From positions 14,414 to 78,413 of the forward strand of contig WSLY01000008.1 of the NCBI GenBank assembly GCA_013316825.1: a DNA stretch of 64,000 nt, in the 5' to 3' direction. Under the pieces are notes generated by a model. It did not search any database and was not told the DNA's origin. It was given only the letters and a program-made list of their open reading frames with translations. The stretch's first letter is position 1, and each line of letters begins with the position of its first letter. This document shows, in pieces, positions 9,803 to 19,577 of this stretch. The translations under genes and the position numbers were made by a program. The stretch is from Lachnospiraceae bacterium (GTDB lineage Bacteria > Bacillota > Clostridia > Lachnospirales > Lachnospiraceae).

Positions 9803-11104
9803 ATGGGTAAAAAATTGAAGTACGGGCGTACTTTTTTAATCGGGCTGGCTTTTTTGTCCATCAGCAGCTTCTGGCAGGTGTATGACAATATCATTCCCCT
9901 GATGCTGAAAAATACGTTTGGGCTGGGGGAGACGGTCACCGGCATGGTGATGGCGTTGGATAATGTGCTGGCAATTTTCCTATTGCCGGTTTTTGGAAGT
10001 ATTTCCGATAAGGTGGATACAAAGCTGGGAAAAAGGACGCCTTTCATTATTACGGGGACAGCCTTGGCAGTCGTCTTTTTACTGCTTCTGCCTGTGGCGG
10101 ATCAGGCACTGAATCTGCCGTTGTTTGTGGGCGCTTTGTTTGGCGTGCTGATATCCATGGGAATTTATCGGTCCCCTGCGGTAGCGCTTATGCCGGATTT
10201 GACGCCGAACAGACTGCGGAGCCGTGCAAATGCGGTGATTAATCTCTTGGGGGCTGTCGGCGGCGTCTACTCTTTGATTATGATAAAGCTTTTGGTGGGA
10301 AAAGGCGACAGGCCTGATTATGAGCCGCTCTTTATCAGTGTGGCGGCGGTTATGATAGTGGCAGTAGTTGTTTTGGTGCTGACCATCAGGGAGAAAAAAA
10401 TTGCAGCGCAGGTGGCGGCTGAGGAAGCGGCGGATGTGCCTGAGGAAAGCAGCGGCGGCAAAGAAAGAGAAGAGAAAAAGAAAACGGTGCTTGCGCCTGA
10501 GGTAAAGCGCAGCATGATTTTTATGCTGGCTTCCATTTTTCTGTGGTTTACGGCATACAATGCAGTGACGACGGCATTTTCCCGTTATACGATAGTGGTC
10601 TGGAAGCTGGAGGGGAGCGGTTTTGCAGACTGCTTGATGGTAGCCACGGTAGCGGCAATTATCAGCTATATCCCCATCGGACAGATATCAGGACGATTTG
10701 GCAGGAAAAAGACGATTATGGGTGGTGTGCTTTTGATGGCAGCCTGCTATCTTGCCGCGATTTTTGTCAGGGAATATACGCCGGTTATCAATGTGGCGTT
10801 TGCCCTGATTGGTGTGGCATGGGCGGCAATTAACGTCAATTCCTATCCGATGATAGTGGCGATGAGTGAAGGAGCGGACATTGGAAAATTTACGGGGACT
10901 TACTATACGTTCTCCATGGCGGCACAGATAATGACGCCGATTTTGTCAGGCTATTTTTTGGAGCATATTTCCTATCAGACGCTGTTTCCTTATGCCATGA
11001 TTTTCTCCCTGCTGGCGTTTCTGACGATGACGCAGGTAAGGCACGGGGACGTAAAGCCGGTGAAAAAAGCAAGCTTGTTGGAAAATTTTGACGTGGAGGA
11101 CTAA
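9803..11104 (+). CDS. MFS transporter (GPH/SLC45-like sugar permease)
   Basis: About 12 TM segments; GSISDKVDTKLGKRTPF motif; RBS GGAGG before ATG 9803. Confidence 0.85.
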   Translation: MGKKLKYGRTFLIGLAFLSISSFWQVYDNIIPLMLKNTFGLGETVTGMVMALDNVLAIFLLPVFGSISDKVDTKLGKRTPFIITGTALAVVFLLLLPVADQALNLPLFVGALFGVLISMGIYRSPAVALMPDLTPNRLRSRANAVINLLGAVGGVYSLIMIKLLVGKGDRPDYEPLFISVAAVMIVAVVVLVLTIREKKIAAQVAAEEAADVPEESSGGKEREEKKKTVLAPEVKRSMIFMLASIFLWFTAYNAVTTAFSRYTIVVWKLEGSGFADCLMVATVAAIISYIPIGQISGRFGRKKTIMGGVLLMAACYLAAIFVREYTPVINVAFALIGVAWAAINVNSYPMIVAMSEGADIGKFTGTYYTFSMAAQIMTPILSGYFLEHISYQTLFPYAMIFSLLAFLTMTQVRHGDVKPVKKASLLENFDVED

Positions 11105-11116
11105 GGTGTGGTTTTC

Positions 11117-11950
11117 ATGATAAAAACGATATTGCTGGCGGCAGTCTGTATGATTGCTGTGGCGGCAGCGCTGTATTTGCTGATGATAATGCCGCGGATG
11201 CTGCACAGACCCGATAAAACGCCTTTTGAGGGCGTGCTGTACGCCCACAGAGGGCTGCATGACAATACTTCCGATGCGCCGGAAAACTCCATGGCGGCGT
11301 TTCGAAGGGCGGTGGACGCAGGCTTTGGCATAGAGATGGATGTACAGCTTACGCTCGACAAGGTGCCGGTGGTGTTTCATGATTTTTCCCTGAAGCGTGT
11401 GTGCGGCGTCGATAAGAAGGTGGCAGATTATACCTATGAGGAGCTGCAGCAGTTTACCTTGTTTGATTCCAATGAGCGGATTCCCAAATTTGCCGATTTC
11501 TTAGAGCTGGTGGCAGGCAGGGTGCCTCTGATTATTGAATATAAGATTCCGGGCGGGCTTACGGAGGTATGCCCGATTGCGGACAAGCTGCTGCAGGCTT
11601 ACGGCGGGGCATACTGCATTGAGTCCTTTAATCCGTTAGGACTGCTCTGGTACAAGCAAAACCGCAGGGAGATTATGCGGGGACAGCTTGCGGATAACTT
11701 TTTAAAATCGGGTGAAAAGGAATTTTCCCCGCTCTTGTATTTTGCCCTGCACCACTTGTTGTTCAACTGTTTGACGAAGCCGGATTTTATTGCGTACAAC
11801 CACAGGCGTTATAAGGATTTGTCCCGCAGGCTGTGCCGGTATCTGTACCGCTGTCCTGCGGTGGCATGGACGATACAAAGCGGCGAAGACCTGACGAACC
11901 GGCAAAAGGATTTTGATTTGTTTATTTTTGACAGCTTTCTTCCCGAATAA
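11117..11950 (+). CDS. Glycerophosphodiester phosphodiesterase with N-terminal anchor
   Basis: YAHRGLH, PENSMAAF, IEMDVQLT and VVFHD motifs. Confidence 0.92.
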   Translation: MIKTILLAAVCMIAVAAALYLLMIMPRMLHRPDKTPFEGVLYAHRGLHDNTSDAPENSMAAFRRAVDAGFGIEMDVQLTLDKVPVVFHDFSLKRVCGVDKKVADYTYEELQQFTLFDSNERIPKFADFLELVAGRVPLIIEYKIPGGLTEVCPIADKLLQAYGGAYCIESFNPLGLLWYKQNRREIMRGQLADNFLKSGEKEFSPLLYFALHHLLFNCLTKPDFIAYNHRRYKDLSRRLCRYLYRCPAVAWTIQSGEDLTNRQKDFDLFIFDSFLPE

Positions 11951-11970
11951 CGGCGGTCGGACTGACGTTA

Positions 11971-12012
11971 TTCATGACAATAGAAGATTTGTGAAGCGAG
12001 GATTCTATTGTT
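11971..12012 (+). repeat. Short hairpin repeat, family II, copy A
   Basis: TTCATGACAATAGAAGATTTGTGAAGCGAGGATTCTATTGTT, similar to copies at 25121 and 58855. Confidence 0.85.
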
Positions 12013-12037
12013 TGGTTTATACAAAAGAGGTAGGGCA

Positions 12038-13864
12038 ATGCGGGAACAGAATCAAATTGGAAAAATGATAAACTACGAAAGAAACAGGGCAGGACTGAGC
12101 CTGAATGAGCTGAGCAAGGGCTTATGCTCCCGCGCTTTTCTGATGAGAGTGGAGACGGGAGAGCGCACCTGTGACAAAATGATAGCCGATGCGCTTTTGC
12201 AGAGAGCAGGGGTTTCCGCAGACAAATTTGCTTATTTGTTAAGCCCAAAGGAACAGCAGTTGTTAAAGCTCAGAGAACAGATGATGTCCGCTGTGGAGGA
12301 AGGAAACAGAACGGCGGCGCCGGAGCTGATTGCCCGCTACCGCAGAAAAGCGGAGCGAAAAGGAAAGCTGCACAGACAGCTTTTGCTGCTGGCGCAGCTT
12401 ATGTTTGACTGGAAATGCGGCGGCAGCACGGAAGGACTGCAGGAAAAACTGGTAGAGGCTTGGAGCATCACCATGGAGAAAAGTCCCATGGAGGATATGG
12501 TTGCCGGAAAGAAAAAAGACATGGGCATGACGCTGACGGAGTTTGTGCTGTTGATGATGTACTATAGATTTCTGGAAGAGCAGGGAAATTTGGCGCAGGC
12601 ATCCGAGGGTTATGCATGGCTGCTTCTGCACTTGGAGCGTTTTGCCGGAGCGGAGGACAGAAGCAGGCTTTATCCGCAGCTTGCCTACCGCCGGATGCAG
12701 CTTTTGATGAGAGAGGGAAAAACAGAGGAGGCAGTACGGCTATCCAAAAAGGCAGTCGAACAACTGCAGGCGGAGGGGAAGCTGTTTTACTTAAGGAAGC
12801 TTTTACGTTTTCTTCTGGCGTATGATACGGATACGCCGGAAAGAAAGGCGAAGCTTGCGGAAATTCTGGAAGATATCTCATGGGTATATGAAAAGTATGC
12901 CATAGAAGAAAAGGAGTGGATATGGAACATTCCCTATGGCGTGGCGAATGTGGAGCAGTTTGGCGATATCATCCGTGCGAGGAGAAAGGTATTGGGGCTG
13001 TCGCAGGAAGAACTGTCCGAAGGCATCTGCGACCCGGTCACCATATCCCGCATCGAGAAGGGAAAGGTGGCGCCCAAGAAGCAGGTGTACCAGAAGCTTT
13101 TGGAGCGTGTAGGCATGACGGGGGACCGCTTTGAGCTTACTATACAGGTGGAGCGTCCGGAACTGTTTGCGGAGGCGGATATCGCCTGCGGTCTGATGAC
13201 GCTTGGGTATAACAAAGAGGCGGAGGAGATACTGGAGGAGCTGGAGAAAAAGATGGAGGGCGGGGATAAGTTTTCCATGCAGTATTTTAAGAGCCTCAAG
13301 GCGACGGCATTGTACAGTCAGAAAAAAATAACGCCGGAGGAGCATTCAAGGCTGCAGGAGGAAGCGCTGTACCTTACCGTGCCCAAGGTCAGTTTGGAAA
13401 AACTGGCGGACTGGAGCTTCAGCTTTCAGGAGGTGCGCACGATAAATCTGCTGGCGCATTCTTACGACAGAGACGGCAGGCGGGAGAACGGAATTGCCCT
13501 ATTGGAAATATTGAAAAAGCAGTATGAGGAAAAGCCGTTTTCTTTGGAGTATTATGTGGCGTGTTATGAGTCAATAGCGGGTAATCTCGGAAATCTGCTT
13601 GGCAATGCGGGCAGGTATGAGGAGGCGATAGCCATTTCGGAAAAAGGAATCCGTCTGGGAATGGGAGCAGGCAGGGGCGTCATGGTAATTTCAAGCCTGT
13701 ATGGTGTGGGTTGGGATATGGAACAGCTTTGGAAGACGGGCGCTTACACAAAGGAAGAAAGCCTTCCTTATGTGAAGGCTTCCTATGCGTTGTCTGAAAT
13801 TTTTGAGGCAGAAGAGCAATGGGAGTTTTATAAGAAACATTTAGAGCGGTTATATTCAAATTAG
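12038..13864 (+). CDS. Tandem (HTH-XRE + TPR-like) x2 transcriptional regulator, PlcR/Rgg (RRNPP)-like
   Basis: Two XRE HTHs (IGKMINYERNRAGLSLNELSKGLCSRAFLMRVETG and FGDIIRARRKVLGLSQEELSEGICDPVTISRIEKG), each followed by about 250 aa of helical TPR-like sequence (e.g. GNLGNLLGNAGRYEEAIAISEKGI). Confidence 0.85.
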   Translation: MREQNQIGKMINYERNRAGLSLNELSKGLCSRAFLMRVETGERTCDKMIADALLQRAGVSADKFAYLLSPKEQQLLKLREQMMSAVEEGNRTAAPELIARYRRKAERKGKLHRQLLLLAQLMFDWKCGGSTEGLQEKLVEAWSITMEKSPMEDMVAGKKKDMGMTLTEFVLLMMYYRFLEEQGNLAQASEGYAWLLLHLERFAGAEDRSRLYPQLAYRRMQLLMREGKTEEAVRLSKKAVEQLQAEGKLFYLRKLLRFLLAYDTDTPERKAKLAEILEDISWVYEKYAIEEKEWIWNIPYGVANVEQFGDIIRARRKVLGLSQEELSEGICDPVTISRIEKGKVAPKKQVYQKLLERVGMTGDRFELTIQVERPELFAEADIACGLMTLGYNKEAEEILEELEKKMEGGDKFSMQYFKSLKATALYSQKKITPEEHSRLQEEALYLTVPKVSLEKLADWSFSFQEVRTINLLAHSYDRDGRRENGIALLEILKKQYEEKPFSLEYYVACYESIAGNLGNLLGNAGRYEEAIAISEKGIRLGMGAGRGVMVISSLYGVGWDMEQLWKTGAYTKEESLPYVKASYALSEIFEAEEQWEFYKKHLERLYSN

Positions 13865-14010
13865 ACCTTTATAGGTTTGGGGGGGAAGTGGTCATCGCAA
13901 AAAATAATCTCTGCCCCATTCCTGTTTTCAGCAGGTGCAGCGGTAACGGTCTGTGCAGCTATCAGGCAGACAGCGGTGATGGCAATGATTTTTTTTATCG
14001 TATTTTTCAT
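13861..14010 (-). CDS. 49-aa putative secreted signalling propeptide
   Basis: RBS AAAGGAG 8 nt before ATG 14010; MKNTIKKIIAITAVCLIAAQTVTA-APAENRNGAEIIFCDDHFPPKPIKV has a signal-peptide layout; its stop codon overlaps the regulator stop codon. Confidence 0.75.
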   Translation of the reverse strand: MKNTIKKIIAITAVCLIAAQTVTAAPAENRNGAEIIFCDDHFPPKPIKV

Positions 14011-14082
14011 ACATGATTCTCCTTTGCTATTTGCAGGGGTGTCTTGTAACAAGTCGATTCTATAAAGAAAAGAGGAAGAAAA

Positions 14083-14146
14083 CCATAGCAAATCAGGCAA
14101 CAGTAAAACTAATTTTTCGTGATTGCTGTTGCCTGATTTGTTATGG
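14083..14146 (+). repeat. 24-bp inverted repeat
   Basis: CCATAGCAAATCAGGCAACAGTAA / TTGCTGTTGCCTGATTTGTTATGG; both mismatches are G-U pairs on the + strand RNA. Confidence 0.85.
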
Positions 14147-14387
14147 AAGAAAATGTCAAAATATGTAAAAATATAATAGAAAAGAAGCTTTTGCGTGATA
14201 TGATGTTTAAAAAGGTTATTATTTTTGCTTTTTGGGTTTCAGGGCAGGGGTGTCCGGAATAGGGCGAATAGGTTAGAATAAAGAGTGTATATAAACATTT
14301 TATCATGCAAAAGAACTTTTAAATGTCAGGCTGCAATCTGGCGGCAAGAGCGGAGAAACAAAAAAGTCAGATGCCGGACAACAGAAA

Positions 14388-14434
14388 ATACCTGCGGTAT
14401 AAAACAGGGGGGTACTGTTTTGTGTTGCAGGTAT
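14388..14434 (+). repeat. 20-bp hairpin, possible terminator
   Basis: ATACCTGCGGTATAAAACAG / CTGTTTTGTGTTGCAGGTAT; four G-U pairs on the + strand; T-rich tail. Confidence 0.7.
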
Positions 14435-14454
14435 GATTTTTAATAGGGAAACAG

Positions 14455-14483
14455 TTGCTTTTGCAAAAAGCGTGATATATAAT
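14455..14483 (+). promoter_or_regulatory. sigmaA promoter for purF-purB
   Basis: TTGCTT-N17-TATAAT. Confidence 0.65.
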
Positions 14484-14493
14484 GTCCGTGAAG

Positions 14494-14627
14494 GGCAGAG
14501 CCTAAGATGATATCCATAGCCGCATCGGCCAGGCCTGCTTGAGCCGATGCGGCTATGGATATCATCTTAGGGCGAGCGAAGCGAGCCATAAAGAATGCTG
14601 CCTCACAGCATTCTTTATGGCTCTGCC
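14494..14627 (+). repeat. Palindromic element, family I (complete two-arm form)
   Basis: Perfect 29-bp stem (14501-14529 / 14543-14571), linker GCGAGCGAAGCGAGC, perfect 18-bp stem (14583-14600 / 14606-14623), terminal GGCAGAGC / GCTCTGCC. Confidence 0.9.
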
Positions 14628-14682
14628 GCATTTGCCGTTACTGCATTTTCAGATTCTGCCCTATCCAAAGAAAAGAGACAAA

Positions 14683-16131
14683 ATGAACATGAATACCTCT
14701 ATTCACATACAGGAAAATACGGACAAACCGCGTGAAGCGTGCGGCGTATTCGGCGCATATGATTTTGGCGGCGGGGATGTGGCTTCCACGATTTACTATG
14801 GACTGCTTGCCCTGCAGCACAGAGGGCAGGAAAGCTGCGGCATCGCTGTCAGCGATACAAAGGGGCCAAAAGGCAAGGTGCTGAGCTTAAAGGACATGGG
14901 ACTTGTCAACGAGGCATTCCGCGCAGAGAGCATCAGCCGGCTTTCCGGCAATATCGGGGTAGGGCATGTGCGCTATTCCACGGCGGGCAGCTCGACTCGT
15001 GAAAATGCGCAGCCGTTGGTTATCAATTATGTAAAAGGCACACTGGGGCTGGCACATAACGGCAATCTGATTAATACGCCGGAGTTGAAAAAGGAGCTTG
15101 CCTATACGGGCGCTATTTTTCAGACTACCATTGACTCGGAGATTATCGCTTATCTTATCGCCAGAGAGCGTCTGAATGCTAAGTCGGCGGAAGAGGCGGT
15201 GGGGCGCGCCATGCACAAAATCAAAGGCGCGTATTCCCTTGTGATTATGTCGCCCCGCAAGCTGATTGGGGCGCGGGACCCTTTTGGATTTAAACCGCTT
15301 TGCATTGGCAGGCGCGAGGATACCTATTTTATCACCAGTGAGACTTGTGCGCTGGACACGGTGGGCGCCGAATTTGTGCGCGACGTGCTGCCGGGGGAGA
15401 TTGTTACGATTTCTCCGCAGGGGATTGCGTCGGATATGTCCCATGCATTAAAGCCGGAAGAGACGGCGCGCTGTGTCTTTGAGTATATCTATTTTTCACG
15501 TCCCGACAGCTATATCGACGGAGTGAGCGTATATCATTCACGGATACTGGCGGGAAAATATCTTGCCATGGATTCTCCTGTGGAGGCAGATATGGTGGTG
15601 GGCGTGCCGGAGTCCGGCAACTGTGCCGCAATGGGCTATGCCCTCCAGTCAGGGATTCCCTACGGCACAGCCTTTGTCAAGAATGCATACATTGGCAGAA
15701 CGTTCATCAAGCCCCAGCAAAAAAGCAGGGAGAGCAGCGTGCAGGTAAAACTGAACGCTATAAAGGAGTCTGTTGCAGGCAAGCGGATTATTATGATAGA
15801 CGATTCCATCGTCAGGGGAACGACATCGGACCGGATTGTACGGATGCTAAGGGAAGCGGGGGCAAAGGAGGTACATATGCGCGTCAGCTCCCCTCCTTTC
15901 TTGTGGCCCTGCTATTTTGGCACGGATGTTCCTGCGAGAGAACAGCTTATTGCCTACAACCGCAGCGAGGAGGAAGTCTGCCGTATGATAGGTGCGGATT
16001 CGCTGGGGTATCTCAGAGAAGAAAGGCTGCAGGCGTTAGTGGGAAATCTTGGTATCTGCAAAGGCTGCTTTACAGGCAATTATCCCATGGAGCCGCCCAA
16101 AGAGGATATCCGCGGGGAATTTGAAGCATAG
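14683..16131 (+). CDS. purF: Amidophosphoribosyltransferase
   Basis: EACGVFG, LQHRGQES, GHVRYST and DDSIVRGTT motifs. Start moved downstream of the repeat (14683 or 14689). Confidence 0.96.
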   Translation: MNMNTSIHIQENTDKPREACGVFGAYDFGGGDVASTIYYGLLALQHRGQESCGIAVSDTKGPKGKVLSLKDMGLVNEAFRAESISRLSGNIGVGHVRYSTAGSSTRENAQPLVINYVKGTLGLAHNGNLINTPELKKELAYTGAIFQTTIDSEIIAYLIARERLNAKSAEEAVGRAMHKIKGAYSLVIMSPRKLIGARDPFGFKPLCIGRREDTYFITSETCALDTVGAEFVRDVLPGEIVTISPQGIASDMSHALKPEETARCVFEYIYFSRPDSYIDGVSVYHSRILAGKYLAMDSPVEADMVVGVPESGNCAAMGYALQSGIPYGTAFVKNAYIGRTFIKPQQKSRESSVQVKLNAIKESVAGKRIIMIDDSIVRGTTSDRIVRMLREAGAKEVHMRVSSPPFLWPCYFGTDVPAREQLIAYNRSEEEVCRMIGADSLGYLREERLQALVGNLGICKGCFTGNYPMEPPKEDIRGEFEA

Positions 16132-16200
16132 GAGAAAAACGAGGGAATTTCGCAATCACCCGAATCCCAAAACCATAGAAAACAGGAAAAGGAGAATTAC

Positions 16201-17634
16201 ATGAGTACAGACGTATACCAGAGCCCTCTTTCAGAGCGCTACGCCAGTAAGGAAATGCAGTATATTTTTTCACAGGACATGAAATTCCGTACATGGAGAA
16301 AGCTGTGGATTGCCCTTGCGGAAACGGAAAAGGAGCTGGGGCTTCCCATCACGGAGGAGCAGATAGCAGAATTGAAAGCCCACGCAGAGGATATCAACTA
16401 TGACGTGGCAAAGGCGCGGGAGAAGGAGGTGCGCCACGACGTAATGAGCCATGTATACGCCTACGGCGTACAGTGTCCCAAGGCAAAGGGCATTATCCAT
16501 CTGGGGGCAACCTCTTGTTATGTGGGGGATAACACAGATATTATCGTGATGACGGAGGCTCTTAGGCTGATTAAAAAGAAGCTGGTGAATGTGATGAGCG
16601 AGCTGGCGGATTTTGCGGACAAGTATAAAGCGCAGCCCACCCTTGCCTTTACCCACTTTCAGCCTGCGCAGCCTACTACCGTAGGAAAGCGCGCGACGCT
16701 GTGGCTGCAGGAGTTTTCTCTGGATTTGGAGGATTTGGAGCATGTGCTTTCCAACATGAAGCTTTTGGGAAGCAAGGGCACGACGGGGACGCAGGCGTCT
16801 TTCTTGGAGCTTTTTGATGGAAATCAGGAAAAAATAGATAAGATTGACCCTATGATTGCAGAAAAGATGGGATTTTCAGAGTGTTATCCGGTATCGGGAC
16901 AGACCTATTCCCGCAAGGTGGATACGCGCGTGTTAAACGTGCTGGCAGGCATTGCGGCTTCGGCGCACAAGATGAGCAATGATATTCGGCTTCTGCAGCA
17001 TTTGAAAGAGGTGGAGGAGCCTTTTGAAAAGAGCCAGATTGGTTCATCTGCTATGGCGTACAAGAGAAATCCCATGCGGAGCGAGCGAATTGCCTCCCTC
17101 AGCCGCTATGTGATGATTGATGCCCTGAATCCGGCGATTACTTCGGCGACCCAGTGGTTCGAGAGGACGTTGGACGACTCTGCCAACAAGCGGCTTTCCG
17201 TTCCTGAGGGCTTTTTGGCGACGGACGGGATTCTGGATTTGTGCCTGAATGTGGTGGACGGTCTGGTGGTGTATCCCAAAGTCATTGAAAAGCGTCTGAT
17301 GAGTGAGCTTCCCTTTATGGCGACTGAAAATATTATGATGGATGCAGTAAAGGCAGGCGGGGACAGGCAGGAGCTGCATGAGCGCATCAGGGAGCTTTCC
17401 ATGGAAGCAGGCAGAAATGTGAAAGTAGAGGGAAAGGAGAACAATCTGCTGGAGCTGATTGCGGCAGATGCAGCGTTCAACCTTTCCTTGGAGGATTTGC
17501 AGAAAACGATGGACCCGGCAAAGTATGTAGGACGCTCAAAAGAGCAGGTGGATGCTTTCCTGCAAAAGGTCATCCGTCCCATTTTAGAGGAGAATCGGGA
17601 GCTGCTTGGCGTCAAAGCCGTTATTCATGTGTAA
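16201..17634 (+). CDS. purB: Adenylosuccinate lyase
   Basis: [10 protein letters not shown] signature; RHDVMSH; THFQPAQ. Confidence 0.96.
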   Translation: MSTDVYQSPLSERYASKEMQYIFSQDMKFRTWRKLWIALAETEKELGLPITEEQIAELKAHAEDINYDVAKAREKEVRHDVMSHVYAYGVQCPKAKGIIHLGATSCYVGDNTDIIVMTEALRLIKKKLVNVMSELADFADKYKAQPTLAFTHFQPAQPTTVGKRATLWLQEFSLDLEDLEHVLSNMKLLGSKGTTGTQASFLELFDGNQEKIDKIDPMIAEKMGFSECYPVSGQTYSRKVDTRVLNVLAGIAASAHKMSNDIRLLQHLKEVEEPFEKSQIGSSAMAYKRNPMRSERIASLSRYVMIDALNPAITSATQWFERTLDDSANKRLSVPEGFLATDGILDLCLNVVDGLVVYPKVIEKRLMSELPFMATENIMMDAVKAGGDRQELHERIRELSMEAGRNVKVEGKENNLLELIAADAAFNLSLEDLQKTMDPAKYVGRSKEQVDAFLQKVIRPILEENRELLGVKAVIHV

Positions 17635-17792
17635 AATAAGTTTAAATTATAATATGCATAAATAATATTGATTTTACTTATGATGAGTTTTCGGGTATAA
17701 TCATAAAGTAAGAACAGGAAAGGCAGGTTTTTACACCTGCCTTTTATCAATGCCAGTCAAGTGAAACAGCAGTATAAACGGAGGTAAAATCA

Positions 17793-19094
17793 ATGGTAAA
17801 AGCAGTAGTGGGAGCAAACTGGGGGGATGAGGGAAAAGGTAAAATCACCGATATGATGGCAGAAAAAGCCGACATTATCGTGCGGTTTCAGGGCGGCGCC
17901 AATGCCGGACATACAATTGTCAACAATTACGGCAAATTTGCGCTTCATACCCTGCCTTCCGGTGTTTTTTACAGTCATACCACCAGTATCATAGGAAACG
18001 GCGTGGCGCTCAATATTCCGATTTTGATAAATGAAATTAAATCCATAACGGACAGGGGAGTGCCTATACCTAAAATTTTGGTGTCTGACCGCGCGCAGAT
18101 TGTGATGCCCTACCACATTCTTCTTGACCAGTATGAGGAGGAGAGATTGGGCAAAAATTCCTTTGGGTCCACCAAATCGGGAATCGCGCCGTTTTATTCC
18201 GATAAATTTGCAAAAATCGGCTTTCAGGTCAGCGAGCTTTTTGATGAGGACGTCTTACAAGATAAGGTTTGCCGTGTGCTGGAGACCAAAAATATTCTCT
18301 TTACGCATTTGTACCACAAGGAGGAAATGCAGCCGGAAGCGCTGCTTGAGACCTTGCATGAATATCGGGATATGATTGCGCCCTATGTGTGCGATGTGTC
18401 TGCATTTCTGGATAAGGCGCTTAAGGAAGGAAAGACAGTGCTTTTAGAGGGACAGCTCGGCACCCTAAAGGATCCGGACCATGGTATTTATCCTATGGTG
18501 ACTTCTTCTTCCACGCTGGCTGCTTACGGCGCCATTGGAGCGGGTGTGCCGCCTTATGCAATCAAGGAAATTGTGACGGTCTGCAAGGCATATTCTTCCG
18601 CAGTAGGAGCAGGCGCATTTGTTTCGGAAATTTTTGGCGAGGAGGCGGATGAACTGAGAAGGCGCGGCGGTGACGGCGGAGAGTACGGTGCGACGACAGG
18701 GCGTCCCAGGCGCATGGGCTGGTTTGACTGCGTGGCATCCAAATACGGCTGTCGTCTGCAGGGCACCACGGACGTGGCATTTACCGTGCTGGATGTACTT
18801 GGCTATCTGGATGAGATTCCCGTGTGTACGGGCTATGAGATAGACGGAGAGGTGACGACGGAGTTTCCGGTTACTACAAGGCTGGAGAAAGCAAAGCCTG
18901 TGCTGACGGTATTAAAAGGCTGGAAGAGTGATATCAGGGGTATCAGGGAATATGATGCGCTGCCGGAAAACTGCCGGAGATATATTGAGTTTATCGAAGA
19001 ACAGATTGGCTATCCGATTACTATGGTGAGCAACGGACCCGGGCGGGACGATATTATTTACAGAAAGAGTCCGCTGCAGAAATCCGTTTTATAA
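17793..19094 (+). CDS. purA: Adenylosuccinate synthetase
   Basis: WGDEGKGK, GGANAGHT and GATTGRPRR motifs. Confidence 0.97.
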   Translation: MVKAVVGANWGDEGKGKITDMMAEKADIIVRFQGGANAGHTIVNNYGKFALHTLPSGVFYSHTTSIIGNGVALNIPILINEIKSITDRGVPIPKILVSDRAQIVMPYHILLDQYEEERLGKNSFGSTKSGIAPFYSDKFAKIGFQVSELFDEDVLQDKVCRVLETKNILFTHLYHKEEMQPEALLETLHEYRDMIAPYVCDVSAFLDKALKEGKTVLLEGQLGTLKDPDHGIYPMVTSSSTLAAYGAIGAGVPPYAIKEIVTVCKAYSSAVGAGAFVSEIFGEEADELRRRGGDGGEYGATTGRPRRMGWFDCVASKYGCRLQGTTDVAFTVLDVLGYLDEIPVCTGYEIDGEVTTEFPVTTRLEKAKPVLTVLKGWKSDIRGIREYDALPENCRRYIEFIEEQIGYPITMVSNGPGRDDIIYRKSPLQKSVL

Positions 19095-19148
19095 TTTGGG
19101 TCCGGTTGACAGTAGTGGGGCGGTATGCCTTGGAAATGGAGAATAGAT

Positions 19149-19460
19149 GTGAAGAAAAGAAGTGGAAAGCAAATTGCGGCGCTTGCCGCGGTGGTGCTGT
19201 TGGCGGCATTGTATCTGGTGACGCTTCTGCTGGCGGTGTTTGACTCCTCTGCATCAGGGGCGTTGTTTCGCTTAAGCGCCATTTGTACAGTGGTGATACC
19301 GCTGTTCGCGTGGATTTTTATCTGGATATACGGACAGGTGACGGGGAAGAAAACCATCGCGGACTTGAATCTGATGCAGGATGTGCATCAGGAGAAAAAA
19401 GAGGATGTAAAAGCGAACGGCAAAGAGGAAGCCGTGGCAGAGACGGACGAGAAGGAGTAG
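19149..19460 (+). CDS. Small 2-TM hypothetical membrane protein
   Basis: GTG start after GGAGA; two hydrophobic segments and a charged tail. Confidence 0.7.
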   Translation: MKKRSGKQIAALAAVVLLAALYLVTLLLAVFDSSASGALFRLSAICTVVIPLFAWIFIWIYGQVTGKKTIADLNLMQDVHQEKKEDVKANGKEEAVAETDEKE

Positions 19461-19507
19461 AAAACGGCGCTGTATAGAACGCGGTTTTCCTGGCGGAAAA
19501 GATAAAA

Positions 19508-19551
19508 AGAAGCAGCATGACGGTCTTAAAAAGGGCGTCATACTGCTTCTT
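19508..19551. terminator. Bidirectional terminator-like hairpin
   Basis: AGAAGCAGCATGACG...CGTCATACTGCTTCT between convergent genes. Confidence 0.6.
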
Positions 19552-19577
19552 GCTTCTTGTGCGTTTAAAAGATTATG

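Noticed and set aside
14011-14100. Upstream 30 codons of the 79-aa ORF
   Set aside because: The strong RBS points to ATG 14010 as the true start.
14490-14682. Purine or ZTP riboswitch, or an N-terminal extension of PurF from 14539
   Set aside because: No riboswitch consensus was seen, and the extension is just the translation of the palindromic repeat.
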